DNA of 64,000 nucleotides from Candidatus Eutrophomonas brisbanensis. GTDB lineage: Bacteria; Pseudomonadota; Gammaproteobacteria; Burkholderiales; Eutrophovitaceae. The notes beneath the pieces were generated by a model. It worked only from the letters and a program-made list of their open reading frames with translations. It had not been told where the DNA came from and ran no database searches. Numbering within the stretch: position 1 is the stretch's first letter; each line of letters begins with the position of its first letter. The position numbers and the translations under genes are program-made. Positions 19,790-30,004 of the stretch are shown piece by piece. The stretch covers positions 775,135-839,134 of the forward strand of contig JAYQIQ010000004.1 in assembly GCA_038141705.1 (NCBI GenBank), in the 5' to 3' direction.

Positions 19790-22465
19790 ATGACAAAGTT
19801 GGAAGCATCTAGGACAAACATAAACGCTTGCGAATTTTCTCGTTATGTGGCGTTCGTTAATCGAACACAGCCAGATCTGGTGTGCCAAGCGACTTCTCCA
19901 GATGACCTTACTCGCATAACGGATTTCTACCTATCGGACGACTCTGTTGATGAACAGAAAATGCTTCGTAATATTCGTCTGGCACGTCACGCGACGATGA
20001 TCCGATGTGTCCATGAAGAACTCCAGGGCACGATTTCAATCGTTGAATCGATGAAATTACTGTCAACCTTCGCAGACAGTATCCTTTCGCATGTTACGAA
20101 ATTCTATGAGAATGAATTAGAGCCGACGTTCGGTCACCCGATAGACGAGGATGGAGAAAGAGTCAAACTTAACATCATCGCAATGGGGAAACTTGGAGGC
20201 TCAGAGCTCAATTTTTCATCCGATATCGATCTTATTTTTTTGTATCCCAAAAGTGGACGCACGACTGGAAACCACTCCATTAGCAACCACGAGTATTTCC
20301 TGAAACTGTCCCAAAAGATCATCCAAGCCCTCACGCTCCACACTGAGAATGGGTTTGTGTTCCGCGTCGATACACGGCTCCGCCCCTACGGGATCGATGG
20401 GCCACTCGCAATGAGTTTTGACATGCTCGAGGAGTATTTTTTCTCGCAAGGTCGACCATGGGAGCGTTTCGCTTGGGCAAAGGCTCGAAATGTATACGGA
20501 GAGCAGATCGATTTACTCACAAAGATGGTTAATAACTTTGTGTACCGAAGCTATGTCGATTACGTTGTGATAGACAATCTTCGTCAACTCCATCGCATGA
20601 TTCGCGAAAGAGTTAAGAAGAAAGGTTTAGAAAGCGACATCAAACTAGGTGCAGGTGGAATTCGTGAGATCGAATTCATCGCTCAAGTTTCTCAATTAAT
20701 CCATGGGGGACAAGACCGGACGCTTCGCTCAACTTCGACCGTTGAGACCCTCGAACTCCTCGAGCAGAAAAATATTTTAAAAACCTCAGAAGTGTCATCC
20801 CTTCTCGAGGCATATCGTTTCCTACGAATGATCGAACATCGAATTCAGTACTTGGACGATCAACAAACGCATAAAATTCCCGCAGATAAAGAGGATCGGC
20901 TCAAAATCGCAAACTCTCTGAATTTCAATAGTTGGGAATCACTCGACGTAACTCTCCAAGAACACCTCGCATTCGTTCACAAAACTTTCATTGGTATTTT
21001 TGAAGATTCATCGGAGGAAAAATCTTCTGATCGGCTCAACACTCAGCTCTTGGATCTCAATAAAGAGCAGTTATTAGATCAAATATCTACATACATCTGG
21101 AAGGAGTTCTCACATACATCGGAAAACATATTGTCATTCCTTTCAAAAAGCAAATATCGGAGACTACCAGCCGTTTGCCAAGAGAAATTGGAACTGCTCA
21201 TACCGACGCTTTTAAAGATCGTCCCGCATGATAACGACTATGAAAAATATATTAGTCGACTGCTGACAGTACTTGACGCTATAAGTTGGCGGGAGACCTA
21301 CCTTTCACTCCTCATAGAGTACCCAAGCGCGACGCAACAGTTGATCAAAATTCTGCAGTCCGGGCAATGGGCAACAAATTATCTCGCTCGATTCCCAGGT
21401 AATTTGGAACAGCTTATTGCGTCTTTGGATGATTTGAGATCATCGGTACTTACCCCTGACAAAATACCTGCGCAAGCCATTCAGACAAATGATTTAGAAG
21501 AAGCGATTGACGTCATTCATCGCTATAAGCAAAAAGAGATCTTCAGATCACTTCTAATGGATCTTTTTGAAATTATTGACCTTAGAAAACTTTCCGATCG
21601 ACTCTCTTCTGTCGCTGATCAGATTGTCACTATTGCTCTAGAACTAGCCATAAAAACACTTGGCATTGAAAGAGAGACTTGTAAACTTGGCATAGTAGGA
21701 ATGGGTAAGCTTGGTAGCAGAGAAATAGGGTACGAGTCGGATCTTGACTTAATTTTTCTATACGAGCCAGTGAATCCGGATGATTCGCTTATGTATTCCC
21801 GCGTTGTTCAAAAAGTCAATTCGCTGATTAATTCAGTGAGTGGACATGGCACGCTCTTCAAAACAGATCTACGACTACGGCCCTTTGGGCAGTCCGGGCT
21901 ATTGGTTAGCTCCCTTGAATCATTTCAAAACTACCAACAGAATCAAGCAAAAACTTGGGAGCACCAAGCGTTGACTCGTGGACGAGGAATCTGTGGCGAT
22001 CAACGCGTATTAGAGCAATTTGAGTCCATTAGAAAGCACGTTATTGAAACAAAGAAAGATAGATCGACCTTATCTCAATCCATTCTGGATATGCGACGAC
22101 TAATGGATTCTGAGTTCCCACCTAAGCCAAACGTATTTGACTTAAAACGTGATGCTGGCGGTATTATCGATATCGAGTTTATTGTTCAATTTATTGTGCT
22201 GCTATATGCAAGTAAGCATTCAGAGCTTTCGGAAAATATAGGAAATATTGCACTACTAACAATAGCTGCTAACAAAAATCTTATTTCTCAGGACGCTGCA
22301 ACCGCTGTTAGCGAGGCGTATTACGATTACCGTAAATTACAGCATGCGCAGCGCCTCCAAGGTGTGCACAAAGTGGTTGTTCCGGATAGCGATCTTTTGT
22401 CACATCGCAAAAATGTAATGACGCTTTGGGAGACGCTTTTCCAAACTCAGCGGATATCGACTTGA
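19790..22465 (+). CDS. glnE: Bifunctional glutamine synthetase adenylyltransferase/adenylyl-removing enzyme
   Basis: Two nucleotidyltransferase repeats, GKLGGSELNFSSDIDLIF and GKLGSREIGYESDLDLIF, in an 891-aa protein. Confidence 0.95.
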   Translation: MTKLEASRTNINACEFSRYVAFVNRTQPDLVCQATSPDDLTRITDFYLSDDSVDEQKMLRNIRLARHATMIRCVHEELQGTISIVESMKLLSTFADSILSHVTKFYENELEPTFGHPIDEDGERVKLNIIAMGKLGGSELNFSSDIDLIFLYPKSGRTTGNHSISNHEYFLKLSQKIIQALTLHTENGFVFRVDTRLRPYGIDGPLAMSFDMLEEYFFSQGRPWERFAWAKARNVYGEQIDLLTKMVNNFVYRSYVDYVVIDNLRQLHRMIRERVKKKGLESDIKLGAGGIREIEFIAQVSQLIHGGQDRTLRSTSTVETLELLEQKNILKTSEVSSLLEAYRFLRMIEHRIQYLDDQQTHKIPADKEDRLKIANSLNFNSWESLDVTLQEHLAFVHKTFIGIFEDSSEEKSSDRLNTQLLDLNKEQLLDQISTYIWKEFSHTSENILSFLSKSKYRRLPAVCQEKLELLIPTLLKIVPHDNDYEKYISRLLTVLDAISWRETYLSLLIEYPSATQQLIKILQSGQWATNYLARFPGNLEQLIASLDDLRSSVLTPDKIPAQAIQTNDLEEAIDVIHRYKQKEIFRSLLMDLFEIIDLRKLSDRLSSVADQIVTIALELAIKTLGIERETCKLGIVGMGKLGSREIGYESDLDLIFLYEPVNPDDSLMYSRVVQKVNSLINSVSGHGTLFKTDLRLRPFGQSGLLVSSLESFQNYQQNQAKTWEHQALTRGRGICGDQRVLEQFESIRKHVIETKKDRSTLSQSILDMRRLMDSEFPPKPNVFDLKRDAGGIIDIEFIVQFIVLLYASKHSELSENIGNIALLTIAANKNLISQDAATAVSEAYYDYRKLQHAQRLQGVHKVVVPDSDLLSHRKNVMTLWETLFQTQRIST

Positions 22466-22525
22466 GGATAAAAGCCGCCTGGAAACTTATTGATACGTAA
22501 ACTAGAGTCTTGATTTAAATTCGCT

Positions 22526-22702
22526 CTAGTGTTCCGTCTCACCGCGTCTTTTCTCGACGCTCTCAAGGACAAGTCGTTTTTCCGCATCTGTCATCTCTAC
22601 CCATCCAGTGATCTCATCCATAGTGCGAAAGCACCCAAGACAAATATCACTAGACATGTCTAATTGACAAATTTCAACGCAAGGAGACTTTACTTCACTC
22701 AT
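22526..22702 (-). CDS. DUF1289 cysteine-rich small protein
   Basis: CVEICQLDMSSDICLGCFRTMDEITGW matches the DUF1289 pattern. I chose the start at 22702 to avoid overlap with the upstream lyase gene. Confidence 0.7.
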   Translation of the reverse strand: MSEVKSPCVEICQLDMSSDICLGCFRTMDEITGWVEMTDAEKRLVLESVEKRRGETEH

Positions 22703-22715
22703 TGTGTTTACATCC

Positions 22716-23630
22716 TTATGCAGCGCGCCGCTGTTTGGACATGATGGCCCGCCCTGCTCTCGAGTACGTTGGTCGCCCCAGATGTTCACAAATATATTCT
22801 GCGGCAACGAGTAATTTATTCATATCGATACCGGTTTCAACACCCATTCCGTCGAGCATATATAGAACATCCTCTGTTGCAACATTACCGGTCGCTCCTG
22901 GCGAGTATGGACATCCACCAAGACCCGCGATTGAACTATCAAAAACGGAAACTCCAACTTCCATCGAGGCGAAAATATTTCCAACCGCTTGACCATAGGT
23001 ATCGTGGAAATGTCCGCCGAGTTTTTCTACCGGGATCGAGCGTGCTGCTAACTCAAACAATTCTTTTGTGCGTTGGGGTGTACCAACTCCAACAGTATCT
23101 CCCATGGATACTTCGTAACACCCCATATCAAAAAGTTTCTTCGCAATATCACAGACAACGGTTGGATCGACCTCACCCTCATACGGGCACCCTAGTACCA
23201 CCGATATATATCCTCGTACTTTCAGACCAGCTTTAATTGCCTCATTGCACACCACCTTTTGTCTAACGAGCGATTCCTCGATAGAGCAATTGGTATTTTT
23301 TTGAGAGAACGTTTCTGTCGCCGCAGCAAATCCTGCCACCTCTTTGACCCCAGCCTCGATTGCTAACTCTAATCCTTTTAGATTCGGCACAAGCACTGGA
23401 TACTGAACTCGATCGCTCGTTGCCGCACTCAAGAACACCTCTCGGGTATCTGCCATCTGCGGAACCCATTTGGGCGAAACAAAACTTCCGGCCTCAATGA
23501 CTGATAGACCAGCGTCTGCGAGCTTACGGATCAGTTCAATCTTCACATTTGTCGGAACATGAATTTTTTCGTTTTGTAGTCCATCGCGAGGTCCGACCTC
23601 AACAATCTTTACTTTAGTTGGCAAGCTCAT
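22716..23630 (-). CDS. liuE: Hydroxymethylglutaryl-CoA lyase
   Basis: VKIVEVGPRDGLQNE N-terminus and a TIM-barrel HMGL family pattern. The gene overlaps the upstream carboxylase alpha-subunit stop by 4 nt. Confidence 0.9.
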   Translation of the reverse strand: MSLPTKVKIVEVGPRDGLQNEKIHVPTNVKIELIRKLADAGLSVIEAGSFVSPKWVPQMADTREVFLSAATSDRVQYPVLVPNLKGLELAIEAGVKEVAGFAAATETFSQKNTNCSIEESLVRQKVVCNEAIKAGLKVRGYISVVLGCPYEGEVDPTVVCDIAKKLFDMGCYEVSMGDTVGVGTPQRTKELFELAARSIPVEKLGGHFHDTYGQAVGNIFASMEVGVSVFDSSIAGLGGCPYSPGATGNVATEDVLYMLDGMGVETGIDMNKLLVAAEYICEHLGRPTYSRAGRAIMSKQRRAA

Positions 23631-25639
23631 GACTCATCCTCTAAAACCAATAACTGCGCCCCCTCTAATACTTGATCTTTGGGCGCAAAGAAAATTTCTT
23701 TAATCACACCAGCTTTCGGTGCGACGATCGTATGTTCCATTTTCATGGCCTCAACAATAACCAAAGGCTGTCCTTTTTCGACTTTATCGTCTACGCCCAC
23801 CAAAATATCCAAGACATGCCCAGGTAGCGGTGCGACCAAACGATCGGACCCGGCTTCCTCAGCATCTGAGTCAAATTGCTGCCGAGCTGAAACGAACCAC
23901 TTCACCTTCACAAAATACTGTGAAACCCGATTTTTTCTTGAAGACGAAGCCACTGGTCGTTTGAGAACCGAATGTTACCCGAATTTCATCTCCAACCAGT
24001 GAAAGATCCGTCAAATCAATAGTCTCTTGATCTACCGAAACCGCTATTCGCCCAGGACCTTTTGAAATCACTACGTCGAGCTTTTCTCCGTCACATTCAA
24101 GATTTAAAAGATGTCTTGGCGCTGCATTAAGCCGCCATCCACTAGCGCTAGTCCATGGCGAAAACAGATCCCGCCCCTCATCACCTAAATTGGATTCCCC
24201 AACACGCTTATCTTGTAATAGTTCATCTGCAACGATTAACGCCAGAGCACTAAGAGTTCGTCCTGGAGAGGTTGATACCAATTCATGTTTGTGTTTTTCA
24301 ATCAATCCCGTTGTTAAGCGGTTTGGCTCTTTCTCCGCTTTAACAAAATCCTCTACCGCAATTAATTTCTTAAGAAAACTAACATTGGTCTCAAACCCTG
24401 CTAACCGAAACCCCTTGAGAGCTACATCCATTTTTTTTAAAGCAGAAAGGCGATCTGCTCCCCAACAGATTAATTTTGCAATCATTGGGTCATAAAATAC
24501 TCCGACCTCATCTCCCACCTGAACCCCAGTATCGATTCTTACATCGACTTCACTTGATGATTCGCGTAAATACTCGATCACCCCAGATGACGGGAAAAAA
24601 TCGTTGCTTGGACTCTCTGCATATACACGCGATTCAATTGCATGGCCTGAGATTTTTATGTCCTTCTGAGAAACCGGTAGCGGCTCGCCCGAGGCAACGC
24701 GTAACTGCCATTCAACAAGATCAAAGCCCGTAATCATCTCGGTAACAGGATGCTCAACCTGGAGTCTTGTGTTCATCTCCATAAAGTAGAAACGCTGCTT
24801 TTCATCAACAATAAACTCAACCGTACCCGCCCCCTCATAGCCAACAGCTTTCGCCACTTTGATCGCGGTCTCGCCCAGCTGTTGGCTGACCTCGCTGCTG
24901 ATGCCAGGAGCAGGCGCCTCCTCGACAACTTTTTGATGTCGTCTCTGGAGCGAACAATCTCTTTCAAACAGATGAACACAATTACCCTGTTGATCAGCAA
25001 AAAGCTGCACTTCTATATGTCGTGGGGCCAGAATGTAGCGCTCTAAAAGCACATGGTCGTTTCCAAAACTATTTTTTGCCTCTCGGCACGCACTTTGTAG
25101 ACTTGCCGAAAATTCTTTTTCTGACATGACAACGCGCATACCCTTACCGCCACCGCCAGCGCTCGCTTTTATCAAAACGGGGAATCCAATCTTCTTAGCT
25201 TCCTCAAAAGAAAATCTGGATCTTGATTGTCGCCGTGATATCCAGGTAACAACGGCACTCCCGCTTTTTCTACAATTCGTTTTGATTCACTCTTCAATCC
25301 CATCGCACGAATGGACTCAGCAGAGGGGCCGATAAACTTGATGCCCTCTTGACGACATGCCTCCGCAAACTCAGCGTTCTCAGACAAAAATCCATAGCCT
25401 GGATGAATTGCCTCGGCACCAGTTGATTTCGCGGCCTCGATAATCTTCTCAGCATTTAGATAGGACTCTTTCGCTGATCCAGGGCCAATCAAAACGCCTT
25501 GATCGCAACTTCTTACGTGCAAGGCATTTACATCTGCATCGGAGTAAACCGCAACCGTTTGCACTCCGAGGAGGCGAGCCGTACGAGCGACTCGCACGGT
25601 GATCTCTCCGCGATTAGCTATCAGAATTTTTTTAAACAT
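23627..25639 (-). pseudogene. mccA: Biotin-dependent methylcrotonyl-/geranyl-CoA carboxylase alpha subunit (BC-BCCP), with two frameshifts
   Basis: The biotin carboxylase N-terminus KILIANRGEITVRVARTA, ATP-grasp core KASAGGGGKGMRVV and biotinylation site EAMKMEH lie in three consecutive ORFs. The joins are near 25205 and near 23875-23895. Confidence 0.85.
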
Positions 25640-25643
25640 CTAT

Positions 25644-26084
25644 CTACTGGGAAGACTGAGAAGTTGGAAGAGCGCTATTAATCTTACGATAAAGCTGCCA
25701 GCCGAGTACTGCGCAAATCCCAAAGAACACGATACCTGCAACAGAGCCAGTGATAAGTGCGTGTACCACCACGCTATTCATTCCATCGAGTGACGTCGCG
25801 CACTCGGACCAATTTTCGAACAAATCTCGCGAATAGTTCGGTAAATCCGTTGCTGACATTGTTCTCATCGCATTCGCATATTGGTCATACGTAGGAATAG
25901 CCCCAACCTTTCCCTGACCATGCGACCACACCCCAATACCAGCAAGCAGGTTCAAGAAAAAGCCGGCTAAGCCAAGGGCACTAAAAAAACAATTAGCTTC
26001 GTCTTTATGCGATCTAAATCGGTAAATGGCATTTTTGCCTCCAGCCCGAACGGGATTAAATTTGTAATCACTGTATTTATTCAT
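25644..26084 (-). CDS. Hypothetical two-TM membrane protein, first gene of the mccA-liuE unit
   Basis: A 146-aa ORF with two hydrophobic helices flanking a ~70-aa loop. It ends 4 nt before the mccA start. I recognise no family. Confidence 0.5.
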   Translation of the reverse strand: MNKYSDYKFNPVRAGGKNAIYRFRSHKDEANCFFSALGLAGFFLNLLAGIGVWSHGQGKVGAIPTYDQYANAMRTMSATDLPNYSRDLFENWSECATSLDGMNSVVVHALITGSVAGIVFFGICAVLGWQLYRKINSALPTSQSSQ

Positions 26085-26242
26085 ATTTTACTAATTGTGG
26101 CCTAAGGCGTTTCAAGGCGAAGAACTCGCCATGAAGTTTTGCATTGCACCAACATATCTGTTAGCATTTTGCCCACGTTGGTGTGAGGTTATTAGCCTGA
26201 TTATTAGTTGTTGAATTAATTAACGCTCAAAAGGAAGAATAG

Positions 26243-26850
26243 ATGGGAATTTTAAAAAAATGGTGGTTTTGGGTCATCGTTGTCGTGGTAATCGGTGCCA
26301 TTAGTAACAGTGGAAACGAAAATAGTGGTGACAGCGCGAGCTCTAGTTCATCAAAATCTGAGAGCAAGCCAGATCCAGTCACCGAAAATAGACCTGCCGA
26401 CGAAGCAGCGTTTATCGCTGCAGTACAAGGACAGACTGCGGCTAAAGGCGCGGAGAATGATATGCAGAAAGGCGCAGCAAAAGCTAATAGGGACAAGGCA
26501 GTATGTGCAGCGCTCAGTAGCGGTATGCGAGTTAGCAACTGGACTGGAACAATCGCAGATATTGATTCAAACAGCGAAGGCAAAGGCGTACTAAGCATTA
26601 AGTTAGCCAACGATATTCACATCAGACTTGGAATAACGCACTCTCGGATATCGGTAGCGATACCCTTATGGAGCCAGGCAGCGACTTATTCAATAAAGTC
26701 GCAGGAATGAAAAAGAAAATGGCAGTGACATTTAGCGGCAGCTTTATTCAAGATGATGACAGCTGTATTGACGAGCAAAGTCTGAGTCTCGATGGAAAGA
26801 TAAAAGATCCTGAATTCACTTTCCGTTTTTCAGACGTAAACGCTTTGTAA
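26243..26850 (+). pseudogene. Hypothetical N-terminally anchored protein, frameshifted
   Basis: TM anchor WWFWVIVVVVIGAI and a Ser-rich linker. The two ORFs join (IKLANDIHI/TWNNALSDIGSDTLMEPGSDLF) with a 1-nt correction near 26621-26626. Confidence 0.55.
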
Positions 26851-26876
26851 GATTGGGGTATAAGTAGTATCTTTAT

Positions 26877-26914
26877 AGAGGGCACAGAAAACCGTTTTCT
26901 GTGCCCTCTTTATA
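26877..26914 (+). terminator. Strong hairpin, probable terminator
   Basis: A 15-bp perfect stem, AGAGGGCACAGAAAA (26877-26891) with TTTTCTGTGCCCTCT (26895-26909), and a 3-nt loop. The U-tract is short (TTTATAT). Confidence 0.55.
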
Positions 26915-26958
26915 TGAAGGCAGCCAATGCAGGCTCCAAATTAAAAAGGTAATAACGA

Positions 26959-27816
26959 ATGGAATTAATCAGTATTTTCCTTGTTTTACTAATAGCAATC
27001 TTTTTCGCGTTTGGACTCCAGAGGGTCACGCAGTCAGAGCAGCGTGTCGTGGAGAGGCTTGGTCGCTACAAAAAAACGCTGGGCCCAGGATTGCACGTAA
27101 TCATTCCTTTCATCGAGCAAGTTCGAGCAAAAAAATTCGTTACAGAAAATCAGCTCCCTACCGATGAAATATCGACGATTACGCTGGATAACGTAAAAAT
27201 TGAAATGTATTTGGAAATTCTTTGGCGAATCGTCGAAGCCGAAAAAACCGTATACCGAATTGGCGGAGCCAGAAGTGAGGATGCAGACAACACCCGAGTT
27301 GAGAGAGCGATTAATACTACTGTTGTTGGTGTCGTTCGAAGCGTCATTGGTCGTACAGAATTTGATGCGGTTCAATCCAACCGAAGTCAGATCGTCGAGG
27401 CCGTTGAGAAAGAACTCAAACTCGTTGCCGAAGAATGGGGCGTTGTCATCTCTCGTGTGGAAATTACTGAGATCAAAGTTGATGAAGACACAAGAAAAGC
27501 AATGCAGTTACAAATCAACGCTGAACGGGAGCGACGTGCACTTGTTCGTCAGGCTGAGGGACGAAAGGAAGCGGCTCAACTAGCTGCTGATGCAGAGCTA
27601 TATACCGCTCAAAAACAAGCGGAGGCGAAGAAGACGCTAGCTGAAGCGGAGGCATATGCAGTATCAGTCGTAGCAAAGTCGATAGCTGATGGAGGTGCGC
27701 CAGCAGTTGAATTCGAAGTCAAGAAAATTCAGGCGCAGGCCGTAGAGAGCATTGGAACCAACAAAAGCTCAAAAATCGTCCTCCTGCCTAGTTATGTATT
27801 AGATTCATTCGGTTAA
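26959..27816 (+). CDS. SPFH/Band 7 (stomatin/prohibitin-like) membrane protein
   Basis: N-terminal TM, an SPFH core (VVERLGRYKKTLGPGLHVIIPFIE...) and a C-terminal coiled-coil rich in A/E/K/Q. Confidence 0.85.
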   Translation: MELISIFLVLLIAIFFAFGLQRVTQSEQRVVERLGRYKKTLGPGLHVIIPFIEQVRAKKFVTENQLPTDEISTITLDNVKIEMYLEILWRIVEAEKTVYRIGGARSEDADNTRVERAINTTVVGVVRSVIGRTEFDAVQSNRSQIVEAVEKELKLVAEEWGVVISRVEITEIKVDEDTRKAMQLQINAERERRALVRQAEGRKEAAQLAADAELYTAQKQAEAKKTLAEAEAYAVSVVAKSIADGGAPAVEFEVKKIQAQAVESIGTNKSSKIVLLPSYVLDSFG

Positions 27817-27842
27817 CTTGCCTCAAAATTTTTGAATAAAAG

Positions 27843-28976
27843 TTAAGGAGTCGCAATGGAGCTATACCACTGGACCATTATCGCTTTGCTTGGCTGCTTA
27901 ATTGCCGAACTTTTGACTGGAGAGTTTCTGTTTCTTGGGATAGCAATTTCGTTAGTGCCAATTGGTGTTATCCATGCAACAACTGATGAATTCTCTTTCT
28001 CAAGAGATTTTAATATTTTAGAGTCGGTACCGCGATTGCGACTTACGCATTGAGACGGGCATTCCGTCACAAAGGCGATGCTAAATCTACGAAAAAAGAT
28101 ATCAGTAAATATTAGTCTTTTATTTTGCGGAGCTGCTTCACGAAAAAATGCTACGTTCGTGATCAACCCTGGCAAAAGCCACTGAAACAAACGAGTCGTC
28201 AATAAAATATCTTGATTTTGTAGTAACGCTGCAGAAAAATCATCTCGGCTAAGCCGCCCAGGATTGGGAGTCACTGAGCTCACCAAATGATTGGCGGCCT
28301 CATGCAGCTCGAGGCAAATCCCCTCATGCTCATCCGAGCCTATCCATGGCCGAAGGCCATTCCAAGCGTCCGAAAAATAACTTGGCCATCGCGCTAGCGC
28401 GCGATAGTCGGTGTTAACAAATGGTAGATCCAAAGTTTGTCGGATATCTTGATAAAGCGACCGCACTTCACTCGTTGCATGGTGCTCTTCGATCAATACA
28501 AGTTTTTCTGAGACGGCTTTAGTCTCTGATCTTTTCTGAAACTCTTGATTTTCGTTTAACTCAAAACCTTCCATCAATCGGCGTGCAATTGTCGCGGTTA
28601 AAAAATACGGTAAATTCCCCCGATGAAAGATTTCAATGAGCCCCCGAATTTCGTCAAGCTCTCGCGCTCCAAACCCTTTCGCTTTTAAATCGTCAACCAA
28701 GTTTTCAGGCTGGAGGTTTTTAACCTGCTTCTCAACAATTGCCTGTAACTCATCACATGCCAGATCAAACTCTACTGTAGTGGTGAGCGGTTGAAGCCCC
28801 TTCCAGAGCACCTCAAAAAAATCCTCGTAGTGTGCAAAGGCCATAGTCACAACCCCCATCCATGGCACCTGGTAGGCGGCTTTCATTTCTTCGTACCAAA
28901 TCTGTTTTTTTCCAGAAACCAAATATTCCGCTTCTGGAAAAATTTTTGGAATTGGAGATGGTTTTAATCGATCCAA
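27843..28976 (-). CDS. DehI-family (halocarboxylic acid dehalogenase-like) protein. The ORF as given is probably over-extended at its 3' end, and the true stop is likely at 28112.
   Basis: The DehI-type repeat pattern (IWYEEMKAAYQVPWMGVVTMAFAHYEDFF; LYQDIRQTLDLPFVNTDYRALARWPSYF) ends at about aa 290. The last ~85 codons are antisense to the NfeD-like gene. Reading A5 instead of A6 at 28143-28148 gives ...NVAFFVKQLRKIKD-stop. Confidence 0.65.
   Translation of the reverse strand: MDRLKPSPIPKIFPEAEYLVSGKKQIWYEEMKAAYQVPWMGVVTMAFAHYEDFFEVLWKGLQPLTTTVEFDLACDELQAIVEKQVKNLQPENLVDDLKAKGFGARELDEIRGLIEIFHRGNLPYFLTATIARRLMEGFELNENQEFQKRSETKAVSEKLVLIEEHHATSEVRSLYQDIRQTLDLPFVNTDYRALARWPSYFSDAWNGLRPWIGSDEHEGICLELHEAANHLVSSVTPNPGRLSRDDFSAALLQNQDILLTTRLFQWLLPGLITNVAFFREAAPQNKRLIFTDIFFRRFSIAFVTECPSQCVSRNRGTDSKILKSLEKENSSVVAWITPIGTNEIAIPRNRNSPVKSSAIKQPSKAIMVQWYSSIATP
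27856..28115 (+). pseudogene. Small NfeD-like membrane protein lacking the OB-fold domain, frameshifted
   Basis: SD AAGGAG lies 6 nt upstream of the ATG. TM helices WTIIALLGCLIAELLTGEFLFLGIAISLV resemble the NfeD N-terminus. The frame continues (NIFRVGTAIATYALRRAFRHKG...) if the T4 run at 28016-28019 is T5. Confidence 0.5.
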
Positions 28977-28999
28977 ATTCGCCTCACGTTTTAAAAAAC

Positions 29000-29944
29000 T
29001 TACGGAACCAGAATGGTTGCTCCCGTCGTTTTTCCACTCTCTAGCATTTGATGCGCTTTCACTGCATCTCGAAGTTTCAATTCATTCGTGATGTTTGGTT
29101 TAATGGTTTTGGTTCTTAAAGCGTCGAATACCCCATTGGCAGTTGCAACAAGATCCTCTCGTTTCTCTACGTAGTGCATGATCGCAGGTCGAGTAATGAA
29201 CAACGAACCGCGTCGCCCAAGATCCTGAATGATAGCGATGGGATCGGGCGGCCGCGAGACATGCCCGTAAGCGGCACAAACGCCTAAATTCTTAAGAGAG
29301 TCGAGCGACTGCGTCATCGTGTCTTTCCCAATTGCCTCATACACAACCGATGCCCCCTCACCCTTTGTCACTGACTTCACGACATCAACAAAGTTTTCTT
29401 CAGTCCTAATCACTGGATAGTGACAACCCGCTTGTCTAGCCAGCTTTGCTTTCTCAGCGGAACTCACGGTACCAACAATTGTTGCGCCTAAAGCGCTGGC
29501 CCATTGGCATAGGATCAGACCCATGCCTCCTGCCGCTGCGTGCACAACAATCGTATCTCCTGGTTTAACTTGATACGTACGATGGAGCAAATAATGCGCC
29601 GTCATGCCCTTCATCAGTATCGCCGCTACTTCTTTTTCAGAAAGCTCATCAGGCAGAAGAAGTAATTTTTCAGAAGGATAATTTCGAACCTCTGCATAAC
29701 TTCCAAGCGGAGGAATTCCGTAGGCAACTCTGTCGCCCTCTTTGAAATCCTTGACCTCATCCCCCGTGCGCACAACAACTCCAGCTCCTTCAAACCCAAT
29801 GACGCAGGGTGGAGGCGGAACTGGCCATGGATGCGAGATGGCGGCACGATGGTACGTATCTGCGAAATTCACTCCGATCGCAGTATGTCGTATTTGGACT
29901 TCATTAGGTTCTAGTTCTGGCACACTCCAGTCGGACCATTGCAT
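29000..29944 (-). CDS. qor: NADPH:quinone oxidoreductase (zeta-crystallin/MDR family)
   Basis: GVNFADTYHR...GFEGAGVV and the cofactor loop AAAGGMG. The homologous N-terminal strand (TKAQVISAFGPPDV) is encoded in frame upstream of the first ATG, with no canonical start codon. Confidence 0.8.
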   Translation of the reverse strand: MQWSDWSVPELEPNEVQIRHTAIGVNFADTYHRAAISHPWPVPPPPCVIGFEGAGVVVRTGDEVKDFKEGDRVAYGIPPLGSYAEVRNYPSEKLLLLPDELSEKEVAAILMKGMTAHYLLHRTYQVKPGDTIVVHAAAGGMGLILCQWASALGATIVGTVSSAEKAKLARQAGCHYPVIRTEENFVDVVKSVTKGEGASVVYEAIGKDTMTQSLDSLKNLGVCAAYGHVSRPPDPIAIIQDLGRRGSLFITRPAIMHYVEKREDLVATANGVFDALRTKTIKPNITNELKLRDAVKAHQMLESGKTTGATILVP

Positions 29945-30004
29945 GACATCTGGTGGCCCAAAAGCGGATATGACTTGTGCTTTAGTAAATATACCTACGC
30001 CTTT

